The translations under genes were made by a program, and so were the position numbers. Shown here piece after piece: positions 15,499-23,945 of a stretch of 60,729 nucleotides of DNA. Source of the stretch: a virus (Duplodnaviria > Caudoviricetes); the IMG/VR virus record IMGVR_UViG_3300036760_000452, positions 1 to 60,729 of that record. One strand, given 5' to 3'. The notes under the pieces were generated by a model. The model saw nothing but the letters and a program-made list of their open reading frames with translations, was not told the origin of the DNA and made no database searches. Within the stretch, counting starts at the first letter, position 1. Every line of letters begins with the position of its first letter.

Positions 15499-17300
15499 AG
15501 ATGACAGGAACTTACTCCCCGGAAGACAACAAGCTCAGGCTCTACGCCTCAACGCGCCTGGACGCAGAGACTTACGCTCGCGTGAAGGCCGCCGGGTTCG
15601 GCTGGGCTCCGAAGCAAGACCTCTTCGTCGCGCCGGCATGGACGCCGCAGCGCGAGGACCTATTGCTGGAGCTCTGCGGGGAGATCGGCGACGAGGATAT
15701 GAGCCTTGCCGAGCGCGCCGAGGAGCGCGCCGAGCGCTTCGACGACTACAGCGAAGCCCGGGCCGACGACGCTACAGCGGCACAGTCGGCCGTGGCCAGG
15801 ATCGCTGACGGCATCCCCCTCGGGCAGCCGATCCTTGTTGGCCACCACTCCGAGCGCCACGCGCGGAAGGACGCCGCGCGCATCGAGAACGGCATGCGGC
15901 GCGCGGTCCGGATGTGGGACACCTCGAAATACTGGCAAGCGCGCGCCGCTGGAGCGATCCGAAACGCCAAGTACAAGGAGCTTCCGAGCGTGCGAGCCAG
16001 GCGGATCAAGGGGCTCGAGGCCGAAGAGCGGAAGTGCCTGCGCTCGAAGGCTCACGCCGAGAGCGACATCCGCGCTTGGAAAGCGATCGACGACCCGGCG
16101 CAGTTCAAGCGCAAGGACGGCCAGCCGACGACCCTTCACGAGCGCGCGCGCTTCGTGGCGAACGTCTGCCACGTGTCGCGCTGCTTCCCTCTCGCCGACT
16201 TCCCGCGCGTGGCCCCTGCGTGCCAGTACGAGGGCAGCATGGGCCTCTGGAGCGCACTCGGGGACACCTCGGCAGAGGCCATCATCACGCCCGAGCAGGC
16301 GCAGGCGTTCGCCGTCGAGGCCAACGAGCGCAGCGTGGCGTGGGCTCAGCGGTGGCTCGACCACCTGGCCAACCGGCTGGAGTACGAACGCACGATGCTC
16401 GCCGGCCAGGGCGGCACGGTAGCGGACAAGACCGGGCCCGCAGTCGGGGGCGCCGTGCGCTGTTGGGCGTCGCATCGCGGGGGCTGGTCGTACGTGCGCA
16501 AGGTCAACAAGGTGTCAGTGACGGTCGAGGACAACTGGGGAAACGGCGGGCGGAACTTCACGCGGACCGTACCCTTCGACAAGCTGGCCGCCGTCATGAG
16601 CCCCGATGCCGTCACCGCCGCGCGCGAGTCCGGGCAGCTCGTCGAGATCGAGGACAAGACGGGGTTTCTGCTGCGCAGCGCCCCAGTGCCGCCCCCGCTA
16701 CCACCGAAGGCTCCAGAGCCGGAGGCCGCGCCATTCGAGGCGATGCGTGAGCAGCTCCGGGCCGGCGTCCAGGTGATTGCGGCGCCGCAGCTCTTTCCGA
16801 CCCCGGTGGAGCTCGCGCGGCGGATGATTGAGGCCGCGCGCCTGAAGCCCGGGCATAGGATCCTCGAGCCGAGCGCTGGCACCGGGCGCCTGATCGACGC
16901 CGCGGCGCTGTCGGCATGGGAATGGTCCGGAGAACTCGTCGCCGTGGAGCACTCCGCAGCGCTGGCGGCCGGCCTGCGTGCGAAGTACCGACCCGAGCAC
17001 GTTCGGGTCGTCGAGGGAGACTTCATGGCCTGCAACGGAGAGCTGGGCACGTTCGACCGGATCCTGATGAACCCGCCATTCGCCAAGGCGGCCGACGTCG
17101 AGCACATCACCCACGCGCTCAAGTTCCTGAAGCCGGGGGGTCGGCTCGTGGCGATCTGCTCCGGGGGCCCGCGGCAGCAGGCGATGCTCGGCCAGCTCGT
17201 GCGGAAGCGCGGCGGCACCTGGAAAGAGCTCCCCTCGGGGACCTTCGAAGGGACCGGCGTGCGCTCCGTGCTCCTCTCCATCCAGGCGGTGGAGTCCTGA
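15495..17300 (+). CDS. DUF3560 domain fused to N6-adenine DNA methyltransferase
   Basis: TYSPEDNKLRLY..IPLGQPILVGHHSE (DUF3560); QLFPTP, LEPSAGTG (SAM motif), MNPPF (catalytic motif). Confidence 0.9.
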   Translation: MKMTGTYSPEDNKLRLYASTRLDAETYARVKAAGFGWAPKQDLFVAPAWTPQREDLLLELCGEIGDEDMSLAERAEERAERFDDYSEARADDATAAQSAVARIADGIPLGQPILVGHHSERHARKDAARIENGMRRAVRMWDTSKYWQARAAGAIRNAKYKELPSVRARRIKGLEAEERKCLRSKAHAESDIRAWKAIDDPAQFKRKDGQPTTLHERARFVANVCHVSRCFPLADFPRVAPACQYEGSMGLWSALGDTSAEAIITPEQAQAFAVEANERSVAWAQRWLDHLANRLEYERTMLAGQGGTVADKTGPAVGGAVRCWASHRGGWSYVRKVNKVSVTVEDNWGNGGRNFTRTVPFDKLAAVMSPDAVTAARESGQLVEIEDKTGFLLRSAPVPPPLPPKAPEPEAAPFEAMREQLRAGVQVIAAPQLFPTPVELARRMIEAARLKPGHRILEPSAGTGRLIDAAALSAWEWSGELVAVEHSAALAAGLRAKYRPEHVRVVEGDFMACNGELGTFDRILMNPPFAKAADVEHITHALKFLKPGGRLVAICSGGPRQQAMLGQLVRKRGGTWKELPSGTFEGTGVRSVLLSIQAVES

Positions 17301-17466
17301 GCGTCAAGTTCGTCGAGGGGTCGGAGCACCGGAGGGACGCGATCGAGTATCGCGTACGCGTCGAGGTCGTGGCCGAGATCGTGGACCGGCGCACGGGGGA
17401 GGTGGTCGTGGCAGGGAGCGAGGCCGAGGTGAAAGACCTGTATCGGACCCTGAAGCGGCGGGCTGC

Positions 17467-17658
17467 ATGACGCGCGCGGCTAAGGCTCTTGCTGAGCACG
17501 TGCGCGCGATCGACGTGCGGCAGGAGATGGATAAGGAGCCGGTGGAGCGGCGCGAGCCGTGGCCTGGCCTGCTACGCGACGAGCCGTCGGCGCCGGCGGT
17601 CGTTCGGCTCGAGGACCTGGCTGAGCAGCGTCGCTTTTATTGGAGGGTCGACGCATGA
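17467..17658 (+). CDS. Hypothetical protein
   Basis: ATGA overlaps. Confidence 0.45.
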   Translation: MTRAAKALAEHVRAIDVRQEMDKEPVERREPWPGLLRDEPSAPAVVRLEDLAEQRRFYWRVDA

Positions 17659-17802
17659 TCCCGCCCGACACCGGCCTCTACCGAACGGACGTGGTCTGGC
17701 ATCTCGTGATCTCCGGACACCACGCCTGCTGGCTCGTGGGCTTGGCAATCGGGTGCTTCGTCGCCTGGCACCTAGCGCGGATCCTGAACGAGCCGAAGCG
17801 GC

Positions 17803-17831
17803 TTGACGATTAGCCCACGATAGCTTATATT
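17803..17831 (+). promoter_or_regulatory. sigma70-like promoter TTGACG-17-TATATT with box AGCCCACGATAGCT
   Basis: Near-consensus promoter; box at 17812-17825. Confidence 0.75.
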
Positions 17832-17849
17832 GACCGAGGGGGTGGTGAG

Positions 17850-18275
17850 ATGGCGCAGCGGAGGTTGATGCTCGGCGAGGTCTACCGCGTCGTACGCGTG
17901 ACGGATGACGGAGCGTTGCTCAAGCAGCAGCTACCGGGCGCGGCCAGCGCCCCCGACTTCTGGGCGTTCCAGGGCGGAGCCGAGGTCTCCGTCTCCCCGC
18001 CTCTGTGCGAGAGCCAGGAGGTCGCCACCTTCAACCTGTCGCAACTCGTGCGCGAGATCAATCCCGAGGGCTTGGGCGTCGTCCCCGTCATCGCTCGCCA
18101 GCTCGGCCTCCCCGAGCCGCTCGTGGTCTTCATCCGCGACGATGGCTGGAGCGTCGGTGCTGCGGGGGACAGAGCAGAGCGAGTCGCGCTCGAGTACTGG
18201 GGCCATCGCTACGTGACGTTCGCTCGACGCGGGGAGGGCTGGAAGCTGCGGCCCATCATGGAGTATCACAAGTGA
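17850..18275 (+). CDS. Hypothetical protein
   Basis: First ORF after the promoter. Confidence 0.65.
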   Translation: MAQRRLMLGEVYRVVRVTDDGALLKQQLPGAASAPDFWAFQGGAEVSVSPPLCESQEVATFNLSQLVREINPEGLGVVPVIARQLGLPEPLVVFIRDDGWSVGAAGDRAERVALEYWGHRYVTFARRGEGWKLRPIMEYHK

Positions 18276-18416
18276 GGCGCTTCTTCGCCGACCGCATCCT
18301 CACTGCGAGTGGACTGCACTGGGCCTGCTTCGACGGCGGCCGCGTCGAGCGGATCTTCGTCGGAGACGACGCGGAGCAGCGGGCCAAGGACTACACGGAG
18401 ATGACGGAGAGATCAG

Positions 18417-18659
18417 ATGTCACAGCCCACGCTGCGGAGTGATCGCCGCGAGCGCTGCCCGCACTGTGGCGCGGTCATGCACACGATCAAAGGCGTGGCC
18501 CGGCACTACGGAGCTGAGGGCGCGTGTCTCCGGATCCGCGAGCTCGAGGCGGCGCTCACCGACCTGTGCGTGGCTTTTGAGACGGGCATCTTCATGAAGC
18601 GTCGAATCGTGGAGCTGCGCCTCTTGCTGGCAAAAGGAGTCTCCCATGCCGGATCCTGA
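18417..18659 (+). CDS. Zn-finger hypothetical protein
   Basis: CPHC..H..C. Confidence 0.55.
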   Translation: MSQPTLRSDRRERCPHCGAVMHTIKGVARHYGAEGACLRIRELEAALTDLCVAFETGIFMKRRIVELRLLLAKGVSHAGS

Positions 18660-18939
18660 CCTGACGCTCCCTGTCATGTTTGGCGACCCTCAGTTTGAGC
18701 GCTTCATCGAGTCGAGGCTCGACGAAGAGTTTGGCGAGCAGGCCGACGCGCGGATACACTCCTGCCTCGAAGGCTGTCGTTACGTCTTGGAGCACGGCAG
18801 GAAGGGGCACCCAGGCGCAGAGGAACTCGCCTTCAACCTGGCTAAAGCCGCAGCGCACTGGCGCCGCCTCTCCGAGGACCGCAGGACAGGCCAAGAGCTC
18901 GTGCTCGTCGATGACGTCGAGCTGGTGGAGGCGCCATGA
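18646..18939 (+). CDS. Hypothetical protein
   Basis: AAGGAG RBS. Confidence 0.6.
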   Translation: MPDPDLTLPVMFGDPQFERFIESRLDEEFGEQADARIHSCLEGCRYVLEHGRKGHPGAEELAFNLAKAAAHWRRLSEDRRTGQELVLVDDVELVEAP

Positions 18940-19190
18940 CGGAGCAGCCCACGAAGACGCTTCCGACGTTCCGACTGACGGAGCAGCAGCGCGCGATGGC
19001 GGCCCGGCACGGGGCGAAGTTCTGCAGCGTGTGCGGGAGGCCCTTCTGGTCCAAGACCGGGCCCGACTGTGACGAGCATGTGCACTGGGCTGCGACGCTG
19101 CTGGCTCCCAAGGCGACTCACGTACCGGGCGAGACGGCCGCGCAGCGAGCCGCCAGAACAGAACCGCTCGACAAGGCCTCGGGAGCATAA
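18936..19190 (+). CDS. Zn-finger hypothetical protein
   Basis: CSVC..CDEH; GGAGG RBS. Confidence 0.55.
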   Translation: MTEQPTKTLPTFRLTEQQRAMAARHGAKFCSVCGRPFWSKTGPDCDEHVHWAATLLAPKATHVPGETAAQRAARTEPLDKASGA

Positions 19191-19460
19191 GTGGGCCGGC
19201 GCCGCATCCTGAAACCGATACGGCCGTGGCGCCCAGGCCTCTGCTCCGTCTGCCACCGTGCTCCGCGGCCGACGAGGAAGGAGGAGGAGCGAGGCGTCAG
19301 CCCAGGGCTGCGGAAGGGTATGTGCCTCGCCTGCTACCAGCTCTTGCGGCGCCGCCGCATCCGCGAGAAGAACGCGCCGCCCAAGGTGCTGACATTCACC
19401 CCTCCTCCGGCTCCGAAGCCTGCAGGCCCTCCGCTCAAGCCGTGGGATCGGTTCCGATGA
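19191..19460 (+). CDS. Basic Zn-finger hypothetical protein
   Basis: CSVC..KGMCLACY. Confidence 0.5.
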   Translation: MGRRRILKPIRPWRPGLCSVCHRAPRPTRKEEERGVSPGLRKGMCLACYQLLRRRRIREKNAPPKVLTFTPPPAPKPAGPPLKPWDRFR

Positions 19461-19786
19461 TTCTAGCGAAGCCGTCGAAGCGAGAGCCGCGTCAGAAGCG
19501 GAGCATCCGGAGGCGCACAACGCCGGCGATGAAGCGGCACCAGGCGAAGGCCGCCGGCTGGGTGGACCCTGACTCGTGGGCCGAGGTCATTCGATTCTAC
19601 GGTGGGCGATGCGCGTACGACTGCCTCCGACCATGGCAGCAGCAGGACCACTGCAAGCCGCTGAGCCGCGGCGGAGAGCACACCATCGGAAATGTGGTCC
19701 CATCGTGCTCTCGGCACAACATGGAGAAGGGAACCCGTACGCTGTTTCCAAGGAGGCGCCATCCGTTCATGCGCGGTGCGAATTGA
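19457..19786 (+). CDS. HNH endonuclease
   Basis: RCAY..DH.KPLSRGGEHTIGNVVPSC..HN..KG. Confidence 0.8.
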   Translation: MILAKPSKREPRQKRSIRRRTTPAMKRHQAKAAGWVDPDSWAEVIRFYGGRCAYDCLRPWQQQDHCKPLSRGGEHTIGNVVPSCSRHNMEKGTRTLFPRRRHPFMRGAN

Positions 19787-19817
19787 GCCGGCCGTGTCAG
19801 AGGAGACTGGGGGGACA

Positions 19818-20384
19818 ATGAGACGAAGCGAAGAGATCGCTGAGATGGCCGCCCTCCGCGCCCAGGTCGAGGAGCTGGAACGCACGACCCATCTACTCAG
19901 CGTGTGCCTAGAGCCAACGTTCAGGGCCGAGCGCGATCAGGCGCGGCGCGACCGGGACCGGCTCGACCACGAGAAGGCGCAACTCAAGGCAGAGGTCGAG
20001 GAGCTGACGCGGGATCTGGACCAAGTACAGCGCTGGGCCGATGGACTCGTGACGGAGACGCAGCGACTACAGGGGATCGAGCAGGCCGGTCAATTGGCAG
20101 AGGAGAAGCTCGCGGAGGCGCAGGCCGGGATTGAGCACTGGCGCGCTTTCTACGAGGAGACACGAGCGAAGCTCACCGAGGCCGAGGCCGATGTGCAGAG
20201 CATCTCGGCTGACTTCAGGAATGAGCACGCGAAGGTTCTCGACCTTCAGGCCAAGCTCGCGGCGGTGGTGGAGGCTGGAAACGCGCTGCGAGAGGCTCTG
20301 AGATTGATTCCGACATCGTGGGGTGGGGCGCATGAGATCGCCTTGTGGGTGCGGCGCATCGTCTTCGGAGAGGCCGATGCCTGA
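19818..20384 (+). CDS. Coiled-coil protein
   Basis: Heptad-rich; shares an 86-bp block with the next gene. Confidence 0.7.
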   Translation: MRRSEEIAEMAALRAQVEELERTTHLLSVCLEPTFRAERDQARRDRDRLDHEKAQLKAEVEELTRDLDQVQRWADGLVTETQRLQGIEQAGQLAEEKLAEAQAGIEHWRAFYEETRAKLTEAEADVQSISADFRNEHAKVLDLQAKLAAVVEAGNALREALRLIPTSWGGAHEIALWVRRIVFGEADA

Positions 20385-20987
20385 GCCGAAGACGCTAGAC
20401 GAAATCGCTGACAGGCTGCGAGCACAGCTTCGACGTGGAGACTACCTACTAGACCGTGGTCAATCCACCTTCGCCATTCGTATCCCTGACGCCCTCCGGC
20501 AAGCCTACGACCTGGGGCGGGCCGAGGGCTACGAAGCCGCCGCTCGCGACGTGCAGGATCTGTACTCCGGGGACTATGCACGAGGGCGGGCCGAGGAGCG
20601 AGTGGCCGTCTGCCTACGCGTGAACGAGGACATGACCAAGGAGCTGGAGCAGGCCGAGGCTCGGCTCGCGGAGGCAACCATCAAACTCCGTCCCCTGCCC
20701 AGCGAGGCAGCATGGCAGGAGGGGGCGAGGATGCTGCACGAGGCGGATCAAGCGCGGCGCAAGGCCGAGGCCAAGCTCGCGGAGTCAGAGCAAATCTTCA
20801 ACGCGGAACTACTTCGCGCTGAACAGGGCTTGCGTGCATCGTGGGATCTAACGTGCCAAGAGCGGGATCAACTCAGGGCCAAGCTCGCGGCTGTACAGAT
20901 CGACGTGCAGAACATCTCTGCTGACTTCGGATATGAGCACGCGAAGGTTCTCGACCTTCAGGCCAAGCTCGCGGCGGTGGTGAAGGC
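20190..20987 (+). repeat. 86-bp direct repeat (20190-20275 and 20902-20987)
   Basis: 7 mismatches by hand alignment; encodes DVQ.ISADF..EHAKVLDLQAKLAAVV. Confidence 0.85.
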
Positions 20988-21246
20988 GCTAGCGGGGCTC
21001 ATCAAAGTCAACGACGAGTGGAACGAGAGTGTGCAGCAGATCATCGGGCGCGTGCCGGGATGGTCCGGCCAGTACCTCGACGAAGCCCGCGCCGCGCTCG
21101 CAGCCGCCCGCGAGCAGCCGACGCAGGAGGAGCGGCCGCTCGGGCACAAGTATCAATACACCGTTGCGAACGACTGTCGCAAGTGCGGCCAACCCGAGAG
21201 CGCCCACCAGCCGACGCAGGACAAGGGGGAGAAGGCCGATGACTGA
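20377..21246 (+). CDS. Coiled-coil protein with C-terminal H..CRKC..H finger
   Basis: Heptads; RBS. Confidence 0.7.
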   Translation: MPEPKTLDEIADRLRAQLRRGDYLLDRGQSTFAIRIPDALRQAYDLGRAEGYEAAARDVQDLYSGDYARGRAEERVAVCLRVNEDMTKELEQAEARLAEATIKLRPLPSEAAWQEGARMLHEADQARRKAEAKLAESEQIFNAELLRAEQGLRASWDLTCQERDQLRAKLAAVQIDVQNISADFGYEHAKVLDLQAKLAAVVKALAGLIKVNDEWNESVQQIIGRVPGWSGQYLDEARAALAAAREQPTQEERPLGHKYQYTVANDCRKCGQPESAHQPTQDKGEKADD

Positions 21247-21475
21247 GCGCAAGCCGGAAGCCCTGTAAGACGCGATCACGGCAGGGCTTGACTGTCCGTG
21301 CTGCGGTGAGGACGTGCTGCTGCGGGTTGAGCCGATCTGGTACGAAGACGAGTTTGAGGTCTGCTCCGACTGTGGCTGTACGGTTGGCGTGCGAGTGGAC
21401 GACGGAGAGGACCCGCCGACTGCCTACACCAAGATCGTCAAGGGCTGCACCGACTACGGAGACGCCGATGACTGA
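21239..21475 (+). pseudogene. Zn-ribbon gene interrupted by in-frame TAA at codon 10
   Basis: MTERKPEAL*DAITAGLDCPCCG..CSDCGC..GDADD*; same junction motif as neighbours at both ends. Confidence 0.65.
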
Positions 21476-21602
21476 GCCCTGCCGTTGCATCCACTACGAG
21501 TCGGAAGACGGGCAGCCGTACTCGCCATGTGTGTGTGGGCATGCCCCCGAGGACCACGCCGAGAAGTGGCCTGCATGCTCTGGAGAGGTGGCCGATGACT
21601 GA
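21468..21602 (+). CDS. Cys/His microprotein
   Basis: MTEPCRC..CVCGHAPEDH..C. Confidence 0.55.
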   Translation: MTEPCRCIHYESEDGQPYSPCVCGHAPEDHAEKWPACSGEVADD

Positions 21603-21885
21603 GCCCAAGCCGGACCCGCTGGACGAAATCGCGGCCCGAGCATTTCCCGAGGCCGACCATCGCGCCGCCCGATGCCGCGCCGCCCTCCAGCAAGCCCGCG
21701 ACCCGGGGCGGGCCGAGAGGGACAAGAAGATCAACGCCCTTGAAGCGGTGGTGCTTGGACTGGAGGGCCTGCTCGCAGCGTATCGTCTAGGAAGCTCATC
21801 TCGTGCAGATGCCGCGCTGACGAAGCTGGAGAAAGCGCGTGCTGCCCTCGCCGCCCTCGCCGCCAGGGAGAAGGAGAGTCGATGA
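21595..21885 (+). CDS. Hypothetical protein, paralogous N-terminus to 20377..21246
   Basis: PLDEIA..ALQQARDPGRAE versus TLDEIA..ALRQAYDLGRAE. Confidence 0.6.
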   Translation: MTEPKPDPLDEIAARAFPEADHRAARCRAALQQARDPGRAERDKKINALEAVVLGLEGLLAAYRLGSSSRADAALTKLEKARAALAALAAREKESR

Positions 21886-21946
21886 AGAAAGCAAAGAAGC
21901 GTTGGGCCGGCCAGAGCGCATGGTGGCGCTGGATGGTGAGGTTGGG

Positions 21947-22201
21947 ATGACCCTCAACGTGCCGGAAGCGGAGAAGAAGGCTCGCGTTGCGCTCGCAACA
22001 GTCGAGTTCCGCGCGGACGCGATGCTGGAGGACTTCCTCGCCCTCGCCGCGTTGGCGCGGAAGCTCGCCAAGCACGCAGACGAGAACACAGGACATGAGC
22101 CGTCCGTGTCGCTGCTCGCGCGGACGCTGGACGAGGCCCGAGCCGCCGGTCTGCTCCCCGCCCGCGAGACCGCCCCCGCAGAGCCGAAGGAGGAAGCATG
22201 A
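21947..22201 (+). CDS. Hypothetical protein
   Basis: GAGG RBS; start uncertain. Confidence 0.45.
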   Translation: MTLNVPEAEKKARVALATVEFRADAMLEDFLALAALARKLAKHADENTGHEPSVSLLARTLDEARAAGLLPARETAPAEPKEEA

Positions 22202-22548
22202 GGCGCTGGCTCGTTGGAATTATCGTTGAAGCTCTGACGCAGTTCTACGAACGGACGATCCGCCCGGACGTGAGGCTATGTGGGCACGGCTACATCGGAG
22301 CAACGTGCGAACTCTGCATGGGGCGTGGCCGATGAAACGCCACTCGCGCTACGTGGTGACGCTCACCTATCTCGTGGTGCTGCCAGAGCCAGAGACGCAG
22401 GACGCACGTGATGCCACGGACTACGCACTGAAGCATTTTGCGAAGGAGCCTCCGGCTGCATACCACGTGCGGCCAGCAGCGAAGCGCGACTTCTTGAAAT
22501 GGCCAGAGGACCCCCGATGACCCGCCCCGCCCCCGAGAGGAGTGAGCC

Positions 22549-22908
22549 ATGCACAGCCGAGTGATGTACTCCTGCGGGCTGCACGTCGAAATGCAGTGCC
22601 TCTGCCTTGGGCACGACAAGGAAACGATTTTTGGAAAGCGTGCGTGTCCTCAGTGCGTCAGCGTGCCTGCTCCCGAGAGCGACGTGGAGCAGGCGGCCGC
22701 AAAAGCCATGAACATCACCGGGGCTCGTCGAATTGTCAGCTTGGACCTGATTGGCCGCCGCGCACTTGAGCGCACAGCAATGGAAATCCTGCTCTCCTCG
22801 CACGAGCGCCTGACCCGTGAGGTCGAGCTGCTGACGAAGGCTGGGATCAAGGTGCGCTGCTGCTTCGCTGGTGTGGCTCAAGCCTGTCCTATACACGAGT
22901 CCGCTTGA
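22549..22908 (+). CDS. Cys-rich hypothetical protein, last gene of the plus arm
   Basis: GAGGAG RBS. Confidence 0.55.
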   Translation: MHSRVMYSCGLHVEMQCLCLGHDKETIFGKRACPQCVSVPAPESDVEQAAAKAMNITGARRIVSLDLIGRRALERTAMEILLSSHERLTREVELLTKAGIKVRCCFAGVAQACPIHESA

Positions 22909-22950
22909 GCGACCGCCCCATCCCGCCGGAGGTGCTGCGCGAGTTGAGCC

Positions 22951-23349
22951 CTACGGTTGCTGTAGCTGTGGCGCCGCGGCTGGTGGAGCTTCTATGCCAA
23001 GCCGCGTCTCGAGGCGCGTGAGCCGGCGCTCGAGATAGCGCTCTGAGTCGCGCGTATCGCGCTCGATCTGGGCGTGGTCTGCGTCGGCCCGTGCTCGGCT
23101 CTCCCGCTGGCGCTCGTAGTAGCTCGTGCGGAACTTCTCGAAGTCGGCCTTGACCTGCGCGAGCTCCGTCTTCGCTGCAGCAAGCTGCGCGACGTCTTGC
23201 GCATCGCTCACCTGGCGTGTCGCCATCGAGGCCCCGCCGCCGACGACTGCCACGGCCAGCCAGGTGACGAGTTTCTCAAGCAGCCCGCTCTTGACGATCT
23301 TCCGGATGATGAGCGACGTCGAAGGGTCCAGCGGCTCCGGCTCAGGCAT
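22951..23349 (-). CDS. Membrane-anchored coiled-coil protein (possible lysis accessory)
   Basis: One TM segment then a coiled coil; end of late operon. Confidence 0.6.
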   Translation of the reverse strand: MPEPEPLDPSTSLIIRKIVKSGLLEKLVTWLAVAVVGGGASMATRQVSDAQDVAQLAAAKTELAQVKADFEKFRTSYYERQRESRARADADHAQIERDTRDSERYLERRLTRLETRLGIEAPPAAAPQLQQP

Positions 23350-23617
23350 TGTCTACCTCACCACGTCCAAGGCTGCGACGGTCGGTCTTTCGCGTGCGCC
23401 GGGTCGGATCGCGCTTGAGAGCGTCGAGAATCCGGCGCTCCTCACCGGCGATGTGCGTTTCGATCGAGGTCTTCAGTTCGTCGACCGTGGTGCTGAGCCC
23501 GTTCTCCATGAGCGTCTTCAGCCGCACGAGCTCCTTCCCGTTCGAGACGGTCTCGCGCAGGTTCCACGCGATGAGCCCGGTCCAGCCGATCTTGACGAGT
23601 GCGTCGAGGTCGATCAT
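23342..23617 (-). CDS. Small membrane protein (holin/antiholin-like)
   Basis: N-terminal hydrophobic helix, basic tail. Confidence 0.55.
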   Translation of the reverse strand: MIDLDALVKIGWTGLIAWNLRETVSNGKELVRLKTLMENGLSTTVDELKTSIETHIAGEERRILDALKRDPTRRTRKTDRRSLGRGEVDNA

Positions 23618-23635
23618 GGCTCGGTCCGGCCTCCC

Positions 23636-23938
23636 TCAGGCTTCCGTCACGAAAACGATCACGCCCTGTGCGCCGCCGCCGATCGAAACGAGGCTCAGCG
23701 CGTCGCCCACGGCAGACTCCGCGTAGGGTAGAGCACTCGTCGGCCAGGTGATCGCGTCGTCTTTGAGCCCGCGGATGTCCCCGGTCAGGTTGGCTGCGCC
23801 CGTGAGGCGGAAGCTCCCCGTCGCGGCCAGCGACAACGAGAGACCGAGGACCTTGTGCTTCTGCCCCACGATAGCGGCGGCCACGACTACCGTTCCGGCG
23901 GCGCCCTGGGCGACGGGAAAATACTTGAGGAGTGCCAT
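23636..23938 (-). CDS. Small beta-rich virion protein
   Basis: G/A/V-rich; in tail region. Confidence 0.6.
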   Translation of the reverse strand: MALLKYFPVAQGAAGTVVVAAAIVGQKHKVLGLSLSLAATGSFRLTGAANLTGDIRGLKDDAITWPTSALPYAESAVGDALSLVSIGGGAQGVIVFVTEA

Positions 23939-23945
23939 CAGCGGG

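Noticed and set aside
20190-20987. Repeat pair as a diversity-generating retroelement TR/VR
   Set aside because: Mismatches are not confined to adenines in either copy, both copies are coding, and no reverse transcriptase is present
21266-21268. Genome-wide stop-codon reassignment
   Set aside because: TAA, TAG and TGA all end well-tiled genes elsewhere, and no suppressor tRNA was seen
20373-21604. Junction repeats as a CRISPR array or integron attC sites
   Set aside because: Only 14 bp, irregular gene-length spacing, not palindromic, no cas or intI genes
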